DNA from: an uncultured bacterium
GTDB lineage: Bacteria; Acidobacteriota; Thermoanaerobaculia; Multivoradales; JAHZIX01
Assembly (NCBI GenBank): GCA_965368975.1
Contig: CBDUPA010000010.1
Span: 64,001 to 128,000 of the forward strand
Direction of reading: 5' to 3'
DNA length: 64,000 nucleotides
Position 1 is the stretch's first letter, and each line of letters starts with the position of its first letter. The position numbers were made by a program, and so were the translations under genes. The notes under the pieces are model-generated. The model ran no database searches. It saw only the letters and a program-made list of their open reading frames with translations, and had not been told where the DNA came from. Shown piece by piece: positions 19,619 through 29,943 of this stretch.

Positions 19619-20476
19619 GTGAGTGAAGACAACGGCAAGTCGGCAAGAGTTCAAACAGCAGGAAGTTTGTGTGTGGTCGGTACCGGCATACGTTCGGTCG
19701 GGCAGACCACGATTGAAACCAGAAACCTGATCGAGCAGGCCCGCGTTCTCATGTATCTCGTGGCCGATCCGATCACCGAAGCGTGGATCCGCAAGCTCAA
19801 TCCGCGCGCCGAATCGCTGGCGGACAGTTATCTCGACGGCCGGCGGCGCATCGAGACATACCGCGAGATCGTCGAGAGGATGCTGACACGCGTGCGCGAA
19901 GGCCACGATGTCTGTGCCGTGTTCTATGGCCATCCGGGCGTCTTCGTCTATCCGTCGCACGCCGCCATCCGGCAGGCACGCGAAGAAGGCTTCCAGGCTT
20001 TCATGCTGCCCGGCGTCTCCGCCGAGGACTGCCTGTTCGCCGACCTGGGCGTCGATCCTGGCGATCAGGGCTGCCAGAGCTTCGAAGCCACCGATTTCGT
20101 GCTGCGGCAGCGCCGCTTCGATCCCACCAGTCACCTCGTGATCTGGCAGATCGGCGTTCTCGGCAAGGTCTCCCACACGGCTGCCGAACGCCGCCGCCAG
20201 GGAAGCCTCGACGTGCTGGTCGACAGCCTCAGCCCGCACTATGACGACGACCACCCGGTCACCGTCTACGAGGCGCCGCAGTATGCCGTCTGCGCACCGG
20301 TGATCCACACGATGCCCCTGCGGGAGCTGCGCGACTCCGAGGTATCGGTGCTGTCAACCCTCTACGTATCACCGCTACCCGCGCGGCCCAACGATCCGGT
20401 CGTCTTGGAGCGGCTGGGACTACGACCGATGGAACCATCGACACCAGTCGAGACATCGACCCAGCCCGAAGCCTGA
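19619..20476 (+). CDS. Borosin alpha-N-methyltransferase (SAM-dependent, TP-methylase fold)
   Basis: GSLCVVGTGI, Y..G..R..TY, VFYGHPGVF, MLPGVSAEDCLFADLGVDP, GCQSFEATDF, HLVIWQIG are hallmark OphMA/SonM motifs; GTG start with AGGAG RBS. Confidence 0.92.
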   Translation: MSEDNGKSARVQTAGSLCVVGTGIRSVGQTTIETRNLIEQARVLMYLVADPITEAWIRKLNPRAESLADSYLDGRRRIETYREIVERMLTRVREGHDVCAVFYGHPGVFVYPSHAAIRQAREEGFQAFMLPGVSAEDCLFADLGVDPGDQGCQSFEATDFVLRQRRFDPTSHLVIWQIGVLGKVSHTAAERRRQGSLDVLVDSLSPHYDDDHPVTVYEAPQYAVCAPVIHTMPLRELRDSEVSVLSTLYVSPLPARPNDPVVLERLGLRPMEPSTPVETSTQPEA

Positions 20477-20534
20477 ACAAGGCGTCCTTGGCCAGTGGTC
20501 GACGGCGGACGCCAAGGTCGACGACCAGACGACT

Positions 20535-21854
20535 TCAAGCCGCCAAGATTTCGCGCAGGATGGCGATGTTGTCGCGGTGGCCGGTGAGGCGGGCGGTAAC
20601 TCTACCGCGCACGGGGAAACCGAGCAGGTAGAGATCGCCCACGATGTCCAGGATCTTGTGGCGCACGAACTCGTCCGGGAAGCGGAGCTCGGTGTTGATG
20701 ACGTTGTCTTCGCCCACCAGGATGAAGTTATCGAGCCGGCCGCCGGAGCCGAGGCCCAGCTCGTTGAGCATCTTGACGTCCTTCATGAAACCGAAGGTGC
20801 GGGCCGGCGCGATCTCGCGCAGATAAGTATCGAAATCGCTCAGTTCAAAAGCGAAGAACTGGTCGCCGATCGGCGACGGATACCGCAGCTGGTAGGAGAC
20901 CGCGAAGCCATCGTACGGTTCGAGGGTCAGGCCTTTCTCGCCGTCGCCGCCGACATGGTAGGGACGATCGACCACCAGTTCGCGCCGCGGCGCTGCCTGG
21001 TCGACGACTCCGACCTCTTCCAGCTTGCGGCAGAACTCCAGCGCCGAGCCATCGAGAACGGGGATCTCGCCGTGCACCTTGATCAGTAGGTTGGTAACGC
21101 CGGCCGCGTGCAGGGCAGACAGCAAGTGCTCGACGGTGCGAATGCTCTCCCCACCGCGGCTCAACGTGGTCGCGTAGTCGGTCTCGGCGACTTCGTCGAC
21201 ATGAGCAGGAATGAGGGTGCCGCTGGGAATCGTCAGCATGTGGATGCCGCTGTCGGGCGGCAGCGGCTGCAGCACCATGCCGGTACGCGTGCCCGAGTGC
21301 AGCCCGAGGCCGTAGATCACCGTGTTCTCGCGCAGCGTCCGCTGCGGCAGCTCGCCAACACGTACCTGGGGCAGGCTGCGTGGCGCCTGCAACTTCGGCT
21401 GCAGCGTCTTCCAGGTCCCGGTATCGAGTGCTGTCGCCTCCAGCTCAGCCGCATCCTCATCGACTGCTGGCAGTTCGCCGGACGCGTCCCGCAACGTATC
21501 TTCGACGGCACCGACGATGCGCTCGTAGGACAGCGGCTTCTCGATGTAGTCGATGGCCCCGAGCTTGAGTGCACGCACCGCGGTCGACGTGGTGCCGTGC
21601 CCCGAGATCATGATCACGAGGGCCTCGGGATCGAGCTGGCGCAGGGCACGCAGCGTTTCGAGGCCATCGCGATCGGGAAGCCAGATATCCAGGAAGACGA
21701 GACAGGGCCGATGCTCGCGGTAGAGCTCGATCGCCTCTTCTCCACTGGCAGTGGTGAGAGCTCGGTAGCCCTCGTCTTCGAGGATCTGTGAGACGGTGGT
21801 CAGAATACCCGGCTGGTCGTCAACGATCAGGATTTGCTTACTCTCGGCGCTCAT
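20535..21854 (-). CDS. lpxC: Response-regulator receiver domain fused to UDP-3-O-acyl-GlcNAc deacetylase
   Basis: REC: IVDD, FLDIWLP, ISGHG, IEKP. LpxC: QRTL, GLHSG, TVEHLLSAL, LDGSA, ARTFGF, EFVRHKILDIVGDL, TGH. Confidence 0.9.
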   Translation of the reverse strand: MSAESKQILIVDDQPGILTTVSQILEDEGYRALTTASGEEAIELYREHRPCLVFLDIWLPDRDGLETLRALRQLDPEALVIMISGHGTTSTAVRALKLGAIDYIEKPLSYERIVGAVEDTLRDASGELPAVDEDAAELEATALDTGTWKTLQPKLQAPRSLPQVRVGELPQRTLRENTVIYGLGLHSGTRTGMVLQPLPPDSGIHMLTIPSGTLIPAHVDEVAETDYATTLSRGGESIRTVEHLLSALHAAGVTNLLIKVHGEIPVLDGSALEFCRKLEEVGVVDQAAPRRELVVDRPYHVGGDGEKGLTLEPYDGFAVSYQLRYPSPIGDQFFAFELSDFDTYLREIAPARTFGFMKDVKMLNELGLGSGGRLDNFILVGEDNVINTELRFPDEFVRHKILDIVGDLYLLGFPVRGRVTARLTGHRDNIAILREILAA

Positions 21855-21920
21855 AGAGCGGAGAATATCATCCAGCCGCGCTGAAACCGCGCTCCGGCTC
21901 GGCAGGCTGTCACGGCGTCT

Positions 21921-24900
21921 CTAGGCTGCCCGTGGTGTCTCCCGGGGCTCCATCAGTTCGGCAGCTTCCTGACTGATGCGGTCGACCTGACGGCTGGTCA
22001 AGTAGCCGTAGAGCGCGGGAATGACGAACAGCGTCAGCACGCTGCCGAGCACCAGGCCGCCGATCACGGCGATGCCCATCGACACTCGACTCTCAGAGCC
22101 GGCACCGAGCGCCAGAGCCAACGGCAGGATGCCCAGGATGGTCGACAGGCTAGTCATCAGCACCGGCCGGAAGCGGGCCACCGCGGCGTGCTCCACAGCC
22201 GCCAGGGGGTCGCCCTGCTGTTCGCTGTCGGGCGACGTCTTGCGCTGGTTGGCGAACTCGACGATCAAGATGCCGTTCTTGGTCACCAGACCGAGCAGCA
22301 TGATCAGACCGATCTGACTGAACACGTTGAGCGTCTCGCCGAACCACCACAGCGCCACCAGGCCGCCGCACAGAGCCAGCGGCACCGTGAACATGATCAC
22401 CAGTGGATCGCGAAAACTCTCGAACTGCGCGCACAGGACCAGGTACACGAGCAGCAAGGCGAGCCAGAAGACGAAGCCGAGCCCGGAAGCGCTCTCGACG
22501 AAGTCGCGCGACGTCCCGTCCAAGGAGGTCGAGAAGCTGTCGTCGAGCACCTGAGCGGCGACCTCGTCCATGGCTACGATGCCCTCCGCGATGGTGACAC
22601 CGGGCGCCAAGCCAGACGAGACACTGGCTGACACGTAGCGATTGAAGCGGAACAGCTGCGGCGGGCTGACCGTTTCCTCGACCCGCACCAGGTTGTCCAG
22701 CTGCACCAGCCGGCCATCGGCGGAACGTACGTAGAGCGAGCGCAGGTCGAGCGGTTCGTTGCGGAACTCTCGGGTCAACTGACCGATGACTTGATACTGC
22801 TTGCCATCGAGAATGAAGAAACCGAAGCGCTGTCCGGTCAGGCCAGTGGCCAGCGTCTGCGCGATGTCACGCGCCGAGATTCCGAGATCGCGGGCCCGCT
22901 CGCGGTCGATCTCGACCCGCAGCTCTGGCTTGTTGAACTTGAGGTTGGAACTGACGCCGTTGAGGCGTGGGTCCTGGTTCGCTGCGCGCAGAAACTCCGG
23001 CAGCACCTCGCGCAGGCGCGCAAAGTTGGGTGCCTGAATCACGTACTCGATCGGCTGTCCCCGTCGCCGACCACCGATCGACTGTGACTGTGACACGGAA
23101 ACGCGGGCGCCGGACAGTTCCTTGACGCTCTCGCTCAGCTCGTCGGCGATCTGCTGTTGACTGCGTGCGCGCTCCTCCGGCGCCACCAGGCGCAGACGCA
23201 AGAAGCCGGTGTTGACCGAGCTGGACGAGCCGAAGCCCGGCGACGTGACCGAGATCAGCGCCTGAACTTCGGGCACCGCCTCCTGGACATGCGCGATCAG
23301 GTCGTTCATGTAGCGGTCCATGTACTCGAACGATGCGCCTTCCTGCGCCGTCACGTTGAGGCGCAGCCCGCTGCGATCTTCGAGCGGCGCCAGCTCACGC
23401 GGCAGGCTCTCGATAGTCACCCAGATCGCACCGCAGGTCGCCAGTACGATCGGGATGGCCACCCAGCGCTGCCGCAGGAAACCCCGTAGCAGGCCGCGGT
23501 AGCCGCGCGTCAGGCCGGCGAAGAACGGTTCGGTCAGGTTGTAGAACCAGGAATGCCCCTGCTTGCGGTGCAGCAGGCGGGTGCTGAGCATTGGCGTCAA
23601 GGTCAGCGCCACGAAGGACGAGATGATCACCGCACCAGCGATGGTGACACCGAACTCGCGGAACAGCCGTCCGGTCTGACCACCCAGGAAGAGAATGGGC
23701 AGGAAGACGGACACCAGGACGACCGTCGTCGCCACCACGGCGAAGAAAATTTCACGCGTCCCTTCGAGACCGGCCTTCACCGGCCGCATGCCACCCTCGA
23801 TCTTGGCGTAGATGTTCTCCAACACCACGATCGCGTCGTCGACCACCAAACCGATGGCCAGGACCACGCCGAGCAGGGTCAGCACGTTGATCGAGAAGCC
23901 CGCCAGGTAGAGGACGAAAAAGACGCCGATCAGCGACACCGGCATCACGATGACCGGGATCACCGTCGTGCGCACGTCGCGCAGGAAGAGGAAGATGATC
24001 ATCACCACCAGGCTGAAGGCAACAGCGATGGTCTGCTGGACTTCGGTCACCGACTGGCGGATGTACTGGCTGGTGTCGAAACCGAGGCCGAGCGTGATGT
24101 CGGCGGGCAGGTCCTTCTCGATCTGCGCCACGCGGCGGAAGAACTCGTCGACGATTTCGATCTCGTTGGCCCCAGCCTGCGGTCGCAGCACGACGCCGAC
24201 CATCGGTACACCGTCGCGCTTGAGCACGGTGCGGAGGTTCTCCGGCCCCAGCTCGGCGCGCCCAACATCCTCCAGGCGCACCACCCGACCGCCGTCTTCC
24301 TTCAGCACCAGGTGACTAAAATCTTCGACTGTGCTCAGCCGCGACAAGGTACGTACCGTCAACTCGACGGCGTCACCCTCAATGCGCCCGGCCGGTAGTT
24401 CGACGTTCTCGCGCTGCAGCGCGGAGCGCACTTCCACCGTCGTCAAACCGTAGGCGGCGAGCTTCTTGGGATCCAACCACAGGCGCATCGCCGGCCGCTT
24501 GGAGCCCCAGATATCGACCTGACTGACGCCCTCGATCGTTTGCAGCCGCTCCTTGAAGTCGTTCTCGGCAATGGCGGTCAACTCGAGCAGGCTGCGCTCT
24601 TCGGAGCGGATGTTGAGGAAGACGATCGGCGACCCATCGGCATCGTCCTTGGACACCGACGGAGGATCCGCGTCCGGCGGCAGATTGCGCACCGCCCGCG
24701 ACACCCGGTCGCGCACGTCGTTGGCGGCGGTTTCCAGATCGACGTCGACCTCGAACTCGATCCGCAAGGTCGAGCGGCCCTCGCGACTGGTCGAGGTCAG
24801 GCTCCGGATACCTGGTACCGAGTTGACCTCTTCTTCCAGCGGCTCGGTGATCTGCGATTCGATGACATCAGCGTTGGCGCCCGTGTAGTTGGTGCGCACA

Positions 24901-25037
24901 CTGACCACCGGCGAGTCGACGTTGGGGAACTCGCGCACCCCCAGAAACGAGAAGGCGATCAAGCCGAACAGCGTGATCACCAGGGACATCACGATGGCCA
25001 GTACCGGCCGCCGGATACTCGTCGCGTAGAGACTCAT
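21921..25037 (-). CDS. RND efflux transporter permease (AcrB/MdtB/MexW-like)
   Basis: SIRRPVLA, GLVVDDAIVVLENI, GLVTKNGILIVEFANQ, RFRPVLMT. Confidence 0.95.
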   Translation of the reverse strand: MSLYATSIRRPVLAIVMSLVITLFGLIAFSFLGVREFPNVDSPVVSVRTNYTGANADVIESQITEPLEEEVNSVPGIRSLTSTSREGRSTLRIEFEVDVDLETAANDVRDRVSRAVRNLPPDADPPSVSKDDADGSPIVFLNIRSEERSLLELTAIAENDFKERLQTIEGVSQVDIWGSKRPAMRLWLDPKKLAAYGLTTVEVRSALQRENVELPAGRIEGDAVELTVRTLSRLSTVEDFSHLVLKEDGGRVVRLEDVGRAELGPENLRTVLKRDGVPMVGVVLRPQAGANEIEIVDEFFRRVAQIEKDLPADITLGLGFDTSQYIRQSVTEVQQTIAVAFSLVVMIIFLFLRDVRTTVIPVIVMPVSLIGVFFVLYLAGFSINVLTLLGVVLAIGLVVDDAIVVLENIYAKIEGGMRPVKAGLEGTREIFFAVVATTVVLVSVFLPILFLGGQTGRLFREFGVTIAGAVIISSFVALTLTPMLSTRLLHRKQGHSWFYNLTEPFFAGLTRGYRGLLRGFLRQRWVAIPIVLATCGAIWVTIESLPRELAPLEDRSGLRLNVTAQEGASFEYMDRYMNDLIAHVQEAVPEVQALISVTSPGFGSSSSVNTGFLRLRLVAPEERARSQQQIADELSESVKELSGARVSVSQSQSIGGRRRGQPIEYVIQAPNFARLREVLPEFLRAANQDPRLNGVSSNLKFNKPELRVEIDRERARDLGISARDIAQTLATGLTGQRFGFFILDGKQYQVIGQLTREFRNEPLDLRSLYVRSADGRLVQLDNLVRVEETVSPPQLFRFNRYVSASVSSGLAPGVTIAEGIVAMDEVAAQVLDDSFSTSLDGTSRDFVESASGLGFVFWLALLLVYLVLCAQFESFRDPLVIMFTVPLALCGGLVALWWFGETLNVFSQIGLIMLLGLVTKNGILIVEFANQRKTSPDSEQQGDPLAAVEHAAVARFRPVLMTSLSTILGILPLALALGAGSESRVSMGIAVIGGLVLGSVLTLFVIPALYGYLTSRQVDRISQEAAELMEPRETPRAA

Positions 25038-26200
25038 TGCAGGCCTCCGACGGTCACGGCCATGCTTTCCTGCACCGGCACCGTCAAGGTCTCCGGGTCC
25101 ACGATCCGCGCCTCTACCTGGCTGCCGTCCGACACCTGTTGCAGTCCCGAGACAATGACCCGCTCCCCCGCCGCGACGCCTTCCAAGACTTCCACCGCTG
25201 CCTGCGTGCGCATTCCCATGCGCACCGTCCGCTGTTCGGCGACTCCGTCCTTCTCGACGAAGACCACCGTTTCGGCCAGGCCCGGCACCAGCGCGGTCGA
25301 CGGTACCGTCAAGGCCTCCGCCACCGTTTCCAGCACCAGGTCGACGCGGGCGAAGGCACCGGGCATCAGCTGCCCTTGAGGATTGGGCGCGCGGGCACGG
25401 ATGCGCAGCGTCCGCGTCGCTGGATCAATGCGCGGCTCGACAGCGTACACACTGCCGTCGAAGGTCCCGTCGAGACCGTCGACGGTGAAACGAATGCGGT
25501 CCCCCCGTTCGACCCGCCCAGCATGGCGCTCCGGCACGGAGAAGTCGAGCTTCAGCAGGTCGAGACTCTGCAGACTGGCGATGCCAATCGAGGGGCTGAC
25601 ATAACTGCCCTCGCTCACCGAGCGCAAACCGATCACGCCGTCGAACGGCGCGCGCAACTCGGTCTGGTCGATGCGCGCCTCGATCAGCGCGATCTCGGCC
25701 TCCAGCACTCGCAGATTGTTGGCGGCTTCGTCATAGAGCTCCTGCGAGATGCTGTCCTCGGCCAGGAGCGTACGCGCCCGCCCCTCGCGCGTCACGGCAA
25801 GATCACGGCGCAGGCGCGCCTGCTGCAGCTGCGCCTGCAACTCGTGGTCGCGGATCTTGATCAGTAGCTCCCCGGCCCGCACGCGCGCTCCCTCGTCGAA
25901 GTGGATGGTCTCGACGACGCCGTTGACCTCGCTGCGCAGGTCCACTTGCTCGTCGGCACGCAGCTCGCCGGTCACCACCAGCACCTGCTGCAGTGGCCCG
26001 ACGGTCACCTCGACCACCTCCACCACCAGCACCGGAGTCCTACTGGCCGCCTCCGCCGCCGGCGTGCTGAGCGTCCCCAGTGCCTGCACCCGGGAGGGCG
26101 CGGGGTCTTGGCGACCACTCATGCGCGGCCAGCCCAGCAGGGCACCAACAGTCGCGACAGCGAGAATCACCGCAAAGAGAAGGACGGTCTTCTTGTTCAT
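25034..26200 (-). CDS. RND periplasmic adaptor (membrane fusion protein)
   Basis: N-terminal TM, lipoyl-like halves, LRAPFDGVIG, IDPATRT, LMPGAFARV; 4-bp overlap with the permease. Confidence 0.92.
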   Translation of the reverse strand: MNKKTVLLFAVILAVATVGALLGWPRMSGRQDPAPSRVQALGTLSTPAAEAASRTPVLVVEVVEVTVGPLQQVLVVTGELRADEQVDLRSEVNGVVETIHFDEGARVRAGELLIKIRDHELQAQLQQARLRRDLAVTREGRARTLLAEDSISQELYDEAANNLRVLEAEIALIEARIDQTELRAPFDGVIGLRSVSEGSYVSPSIGIASLQSLDLLKLDFSVPERHAGRVERGDRIRFTVDGLDGTFDGSVYAVEPRIDPATRTLRIRARAPNPQGQLMPGAFARVDLVLETVAEALTVPSTALVPGLAETVVFVEKDGVAEQRTVRMGMRTQAAVEVLEGVAAGERVIVSGLQQVSDGSQVEARIVDPETLTVPVQESMAVTVGGLQ

Positions 26201-26615
26201 CGGAACTCCAGGAGTGAGAGAGGAGGAGAGCACGCAGGACAGCCACGGTGCCGCGGCCGAAGTCTACTACGAACATCGGAGGAAGGGGTTGCGGCCAAGT
26301 CACGAGCTCTGTGCCAGGGCGCACTTCGCTGTAATGAATCCACGGGATCCGCGTACTTGGAGTGTGAGGTGCCGGGCATGGATCGTGCTCCCTAGGGAGC
26401 TGGCTGCGGGGCCACCGAGCCCATGCCCGGCGCCTCCGTTTCTACCATGAGATTCGGCGAACCGTGGCGACTCGGATGTGCCCTCCGTGGAGGTGACACC
26501 TTCGAGGCTCCCGCGCGAGCCCACGAGCCGCTTGCCGCTCACAGAGGCAAGAAAGACTGGTATTCTTGATAGTGACTCAACATTGGCTTGCAACAAGCCG
26601 GAGGAGGCCCCTGCC

Positions 26616-28154
26616 ATGCGCCCCTCCAACTCCGTCAGGTTTTCCGAACACTTCCACGTCCAACCCGAACACAGTGACGATTGGTTCGACCCGATCCTCA
26701 CCCTCGACACCCCCCTCTTCGTCGACCCACTGCTGCTGCTCCGGGAGTCGAACACCGCGAGCGACAACTTGCTGCGCGGAGCCCACGACGACGTGCTGGA
26801 CTTCACGGCCGCCGTCCACTCGTTGATCGAGGAAGCCAGGCACGACGAGGCCGAGTCGCACCAGCTCGGCGCTCTCGGCAAGCAGGCCGAGCAAGCAATC
26901 CGGCTCCTGCGCCTGCCCGATCCCAAAGAAACCTGTCTCGGCTTCACCGGCTCGGGCACCGAAGGTACCCCTCTCGGCCCGCCGCTGGCCGAGGACACCG
27001 CGCTCGCCATCTGGGACACCCAGAACACCTGGGACCAGAGCAACGGCCAGGGCAGCGGGCAGCCTTCGCAGCTGCCGCACCTCGAGGCCATCTCACTGCT
27101 CGAACTGGGCCTTGGCGCCGACTTCATCAGTGACATCACGGTCTCGCTGCTGCGCGGGCGTCTGGCCACCTACACGCTGGACGTCTGCCGCCGCCACGAC
27201 ATCCCGGTGCGCAAGAGCTACTTCGAGCACGGCCATTTCGATCCCACGAGCCGCAGCTGGCAGCCCCGGACTTTCCAGCTCCCCTGGAATCCCTTCAACC
27301 GGCACCCCGTGTTGTTGGTCCCCAAGGACCTGCTGCGCGACCAACCGAGGATCAACCCCGCCGACTTCTCGGCTTGGGTGCACGAGCACGAAGCTCACAC
27401 CTTGGAGACCTTCTTTGCTCCGCGCACCGTGCCGGCGAAGCTGACCAAGCCGGAAACCATCGACCTCATCCACTTCCAGCCGACCTTGTTGCGCCGCTAC
27501 GTGGCGCACGTCGAAGCGGCCAGTAACAGCACTCGACCCTACGATCTGCAGCGGGACCCGGCGGGAGTGTACGGCTGGTATGAAGCCACCGGGCGGTACC
27601 TACAGACGCACCCGGTCGACCTGCGGCGCCCAGCGCTGGCGGTCGTCCTGAGCCGCCTGCACGAGCACTTCCGGCGCTTCATCGAAGACGATGGGGGGCA
27701 CCGCCTGCTGTGGAACCCTGGTAAGCAACGACCTCACAGCGAGCAGGTGTCCCGTCGTGTCTACCTGGGCTTGGTCCGCCATGCCTGCGCCGCCCAGGGG
27801 ATGACCATTCACAACGAGGCCAAGTTGGGCAGCGGCATCGTCGACTTCGACTTCAGCCCCGGAGCACTCCCCGCCGAACTCGATCGGGGCCTATTGCTGG
27901 CCAAACACGCACGCAACACTCGCTTCTGGAGTGGTTTGAGCCGCAAGCCGGTGCCCAAGGCGTGGCTACGCGAAGTACAGCACGGCACCTTCGTGGTCAT
28001 GCTGTTCAACGACAAGGACCTGGCGCGCCTGCCATGGATCACCGACCAGGTGCAGCAGCTGGCGTGGCAATTGCCGTACGACATCGAGATCGTACCGATC
28101 GACGGCCGCGGATCGACACCGGCGGCATGTGCCGAGAGCGCTACCGTGCACTGA
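26616..28154 (+). CDS. Conserved hypothetical protein with a C-terminal degenerate PD-(D/E)xK-like region
   Basis: GGAGGAGG RBS; DWFDPILTLDTPLFVDPLLL, ETCLGFT, GADFISDIT, PVLLVPKDLLR; C-terminal EAKLGSGIVDFDFS...LLLAKHARN..FW.GL. Confidence 0.7.
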   Translation: MRPSNSVRFSEHFHVQPEHSDDWFDPILTLDTPLFVDPLLLLRESNTASDNLLRGAHDDVLDFTAAVHSLIEEARHDEAESHQLGALGKQAEQAIRLLRLPDPKETCLGFTGSGTEGTPLGPPLAEDTALAIWDTQNTWDQSNGQGSGQPSQLPHLEAISLLELGLGADFISDITVSLLRGRLATYTLDVCRRHDIPVRKSYFEHGHFDPTSRSWQPRTFQLPWNPFNRHPVLLVPKDLLRDQPRINPADFSAWVHEHEAHTLETFFAPRTVPAKLTKPETIDLIHFQPTLLRRYVAHVEAASNSTRPYDLQRDPAGVYGWYEATGRYLQTHPVDLRRPALAVVLSRLHEHFRRFIEDDGGHRLLWNPGKQRPHSEQVSRRVYLGLVRHACAAQGMTIHNEAKLGSGIVDFDFSPGALPAELDRGLLLAKHARNTRFWSGLSRKPVPKAWLREVQHGTFVVMLFNDKDLARLPWITDQVQQLAWQLPYDIEIVPIDGRGSTPAACAESATVH

Positions 28155-28195
28155 CCGATCCACGGACTATCCAGGCCCCGGCGTCAGGGCTCGAT

Positions 28196-29071
<876 letters not shown>

Positions 29072-29083
29072 GGTTTGGTTTTT

Positions 29084-29137
29084 AGCTGGGCTGGGTGGTT
29101 GGGCTGGGATGGTTGGGCTGGGATAGTTGGGCTGGAA
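29084..29137 (+). repeat. ~14-bp G-rich tandem repeat (T[GA]GTTGGGCTGGGA), G-quadruplex-capable
   Basis: agctgggctggg tggttgggctggga tggttgggctggga tagttgggctggaa; seven GGG tracts at 29088-29131. Confidence 0.8.
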
Positions 29138-29149
29138 TGATCGGGCACG

Positions 29150-29878
29150 TCAGGAGACGGGAATGGCCAGCAGGCCGGTGGTCTTTTCCTTGAGGGTCCG
29201 CAGTTCGTCGGCGATCGCCAGGGTGGTGCGCGCAGCGGTTGCCGCCTGCTCCTGGGTTTCCGGCGTGGTGCAGTGCTGCTCCAGGTAGCGACGGGCCCAG
29301 TTGTGGTGATGGATTTCTTCGGGATGGATGCTCAGCTCGTAGAGCTCGGCCGTCTCGCGATCTCCGACTGCCAGACAGAAATTGATGAACTGCCGGTTGC
29401 GCACCCGCGCGATGGCTTCCCGCGCGAACGGACCGCCCGCGACCCGCTCGACGGTGCCGCGCAGCCCCTTGAGGTAGTGGTAGAGCGGCGAGTAGCCCTC
29501 GTCGGCCAGCGGATCGAAGCTGTCGATGTCGAAGCCGAGTTCGCGCAGGCGGTTGCTGATCAAGTGGTAGTGCTTCATCTCGTCGCTGCACTGATCGGCG
29601 AGCAGCCGCTTGGCGTCCAGGTCCGGGGTCGACGGCAACCAGAAGGCCGCCAGTTCGCTGGCTTCCAGCTCGCTCTTCAGTGCCAGCTGCAGCAGGGTCG
29701 CGACTTCGACCTTGCCTTCGGATTCAGCCTCCAGCGCCTCGAGCTCTCCCAGGCCAGCGAACAGCTGATCCATTTCCGCCACCAGACGGTCGACGAAGGC
29801 CTTGCTGTCGGCAGTGACGGCAGGCTTCCTCGCACCGGGCTGGTTGTAGTCGGGCTTGTCGTCAACGGGCTGGCTCAC
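29150..29878 (-). CDS. Ferritin-like (di-iron carboxylate) protein
   Basis: SELEASE, DEMKH, REAIA, EEIHH give the E/ExxH/E/ExxH pattern; GTG start with AGGAG RBS. Confidence 0.8.
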   Translation of the reverse strand: MSQPVDDKPDYNQPGARKPAVTADSKAFVDRLVAEMDQLFAGLGELEALEAESEGKVEVATLLQLALKSELEASELAAFWLPSTPDLDAKRLLADQCSDEMKHYHLISNRLRELGFDIDSFDPLADEGYSPLYHYLKGLRGTVERVAGGPFAREAIARVRNRQFINFCLAVGDRETAELYELSIHPEEIHHHNWARRYLEQHCTTPETQEQAATAARTTLAIADELRTLKEKTTGLLAIPVS

Positions 29879-29943
29879 GGGGGGACTCCTCTTTGCTGCG
29901 GTCTACTGGGCTCATTGACCAGTCTACCAGGTCGAACCGAGAC

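Noticed and set aside
19136-20308. 390-aa antisense ORF over the borosin locus
   Set aside because: Shadow ORF typical of high-GC DNA; no motifs, and it overlaps two well-supported genes
19619-20476. Cobalamin/siroheme (tetrapyrrole) methyltransferase
   Set aside because: It has YGHPG and SAEDCLFADLG.DP borosin motifs rather than GDP-type corrin methylase motifs, there are no cob/cys genes nearby, and a precursor gene is adjacent
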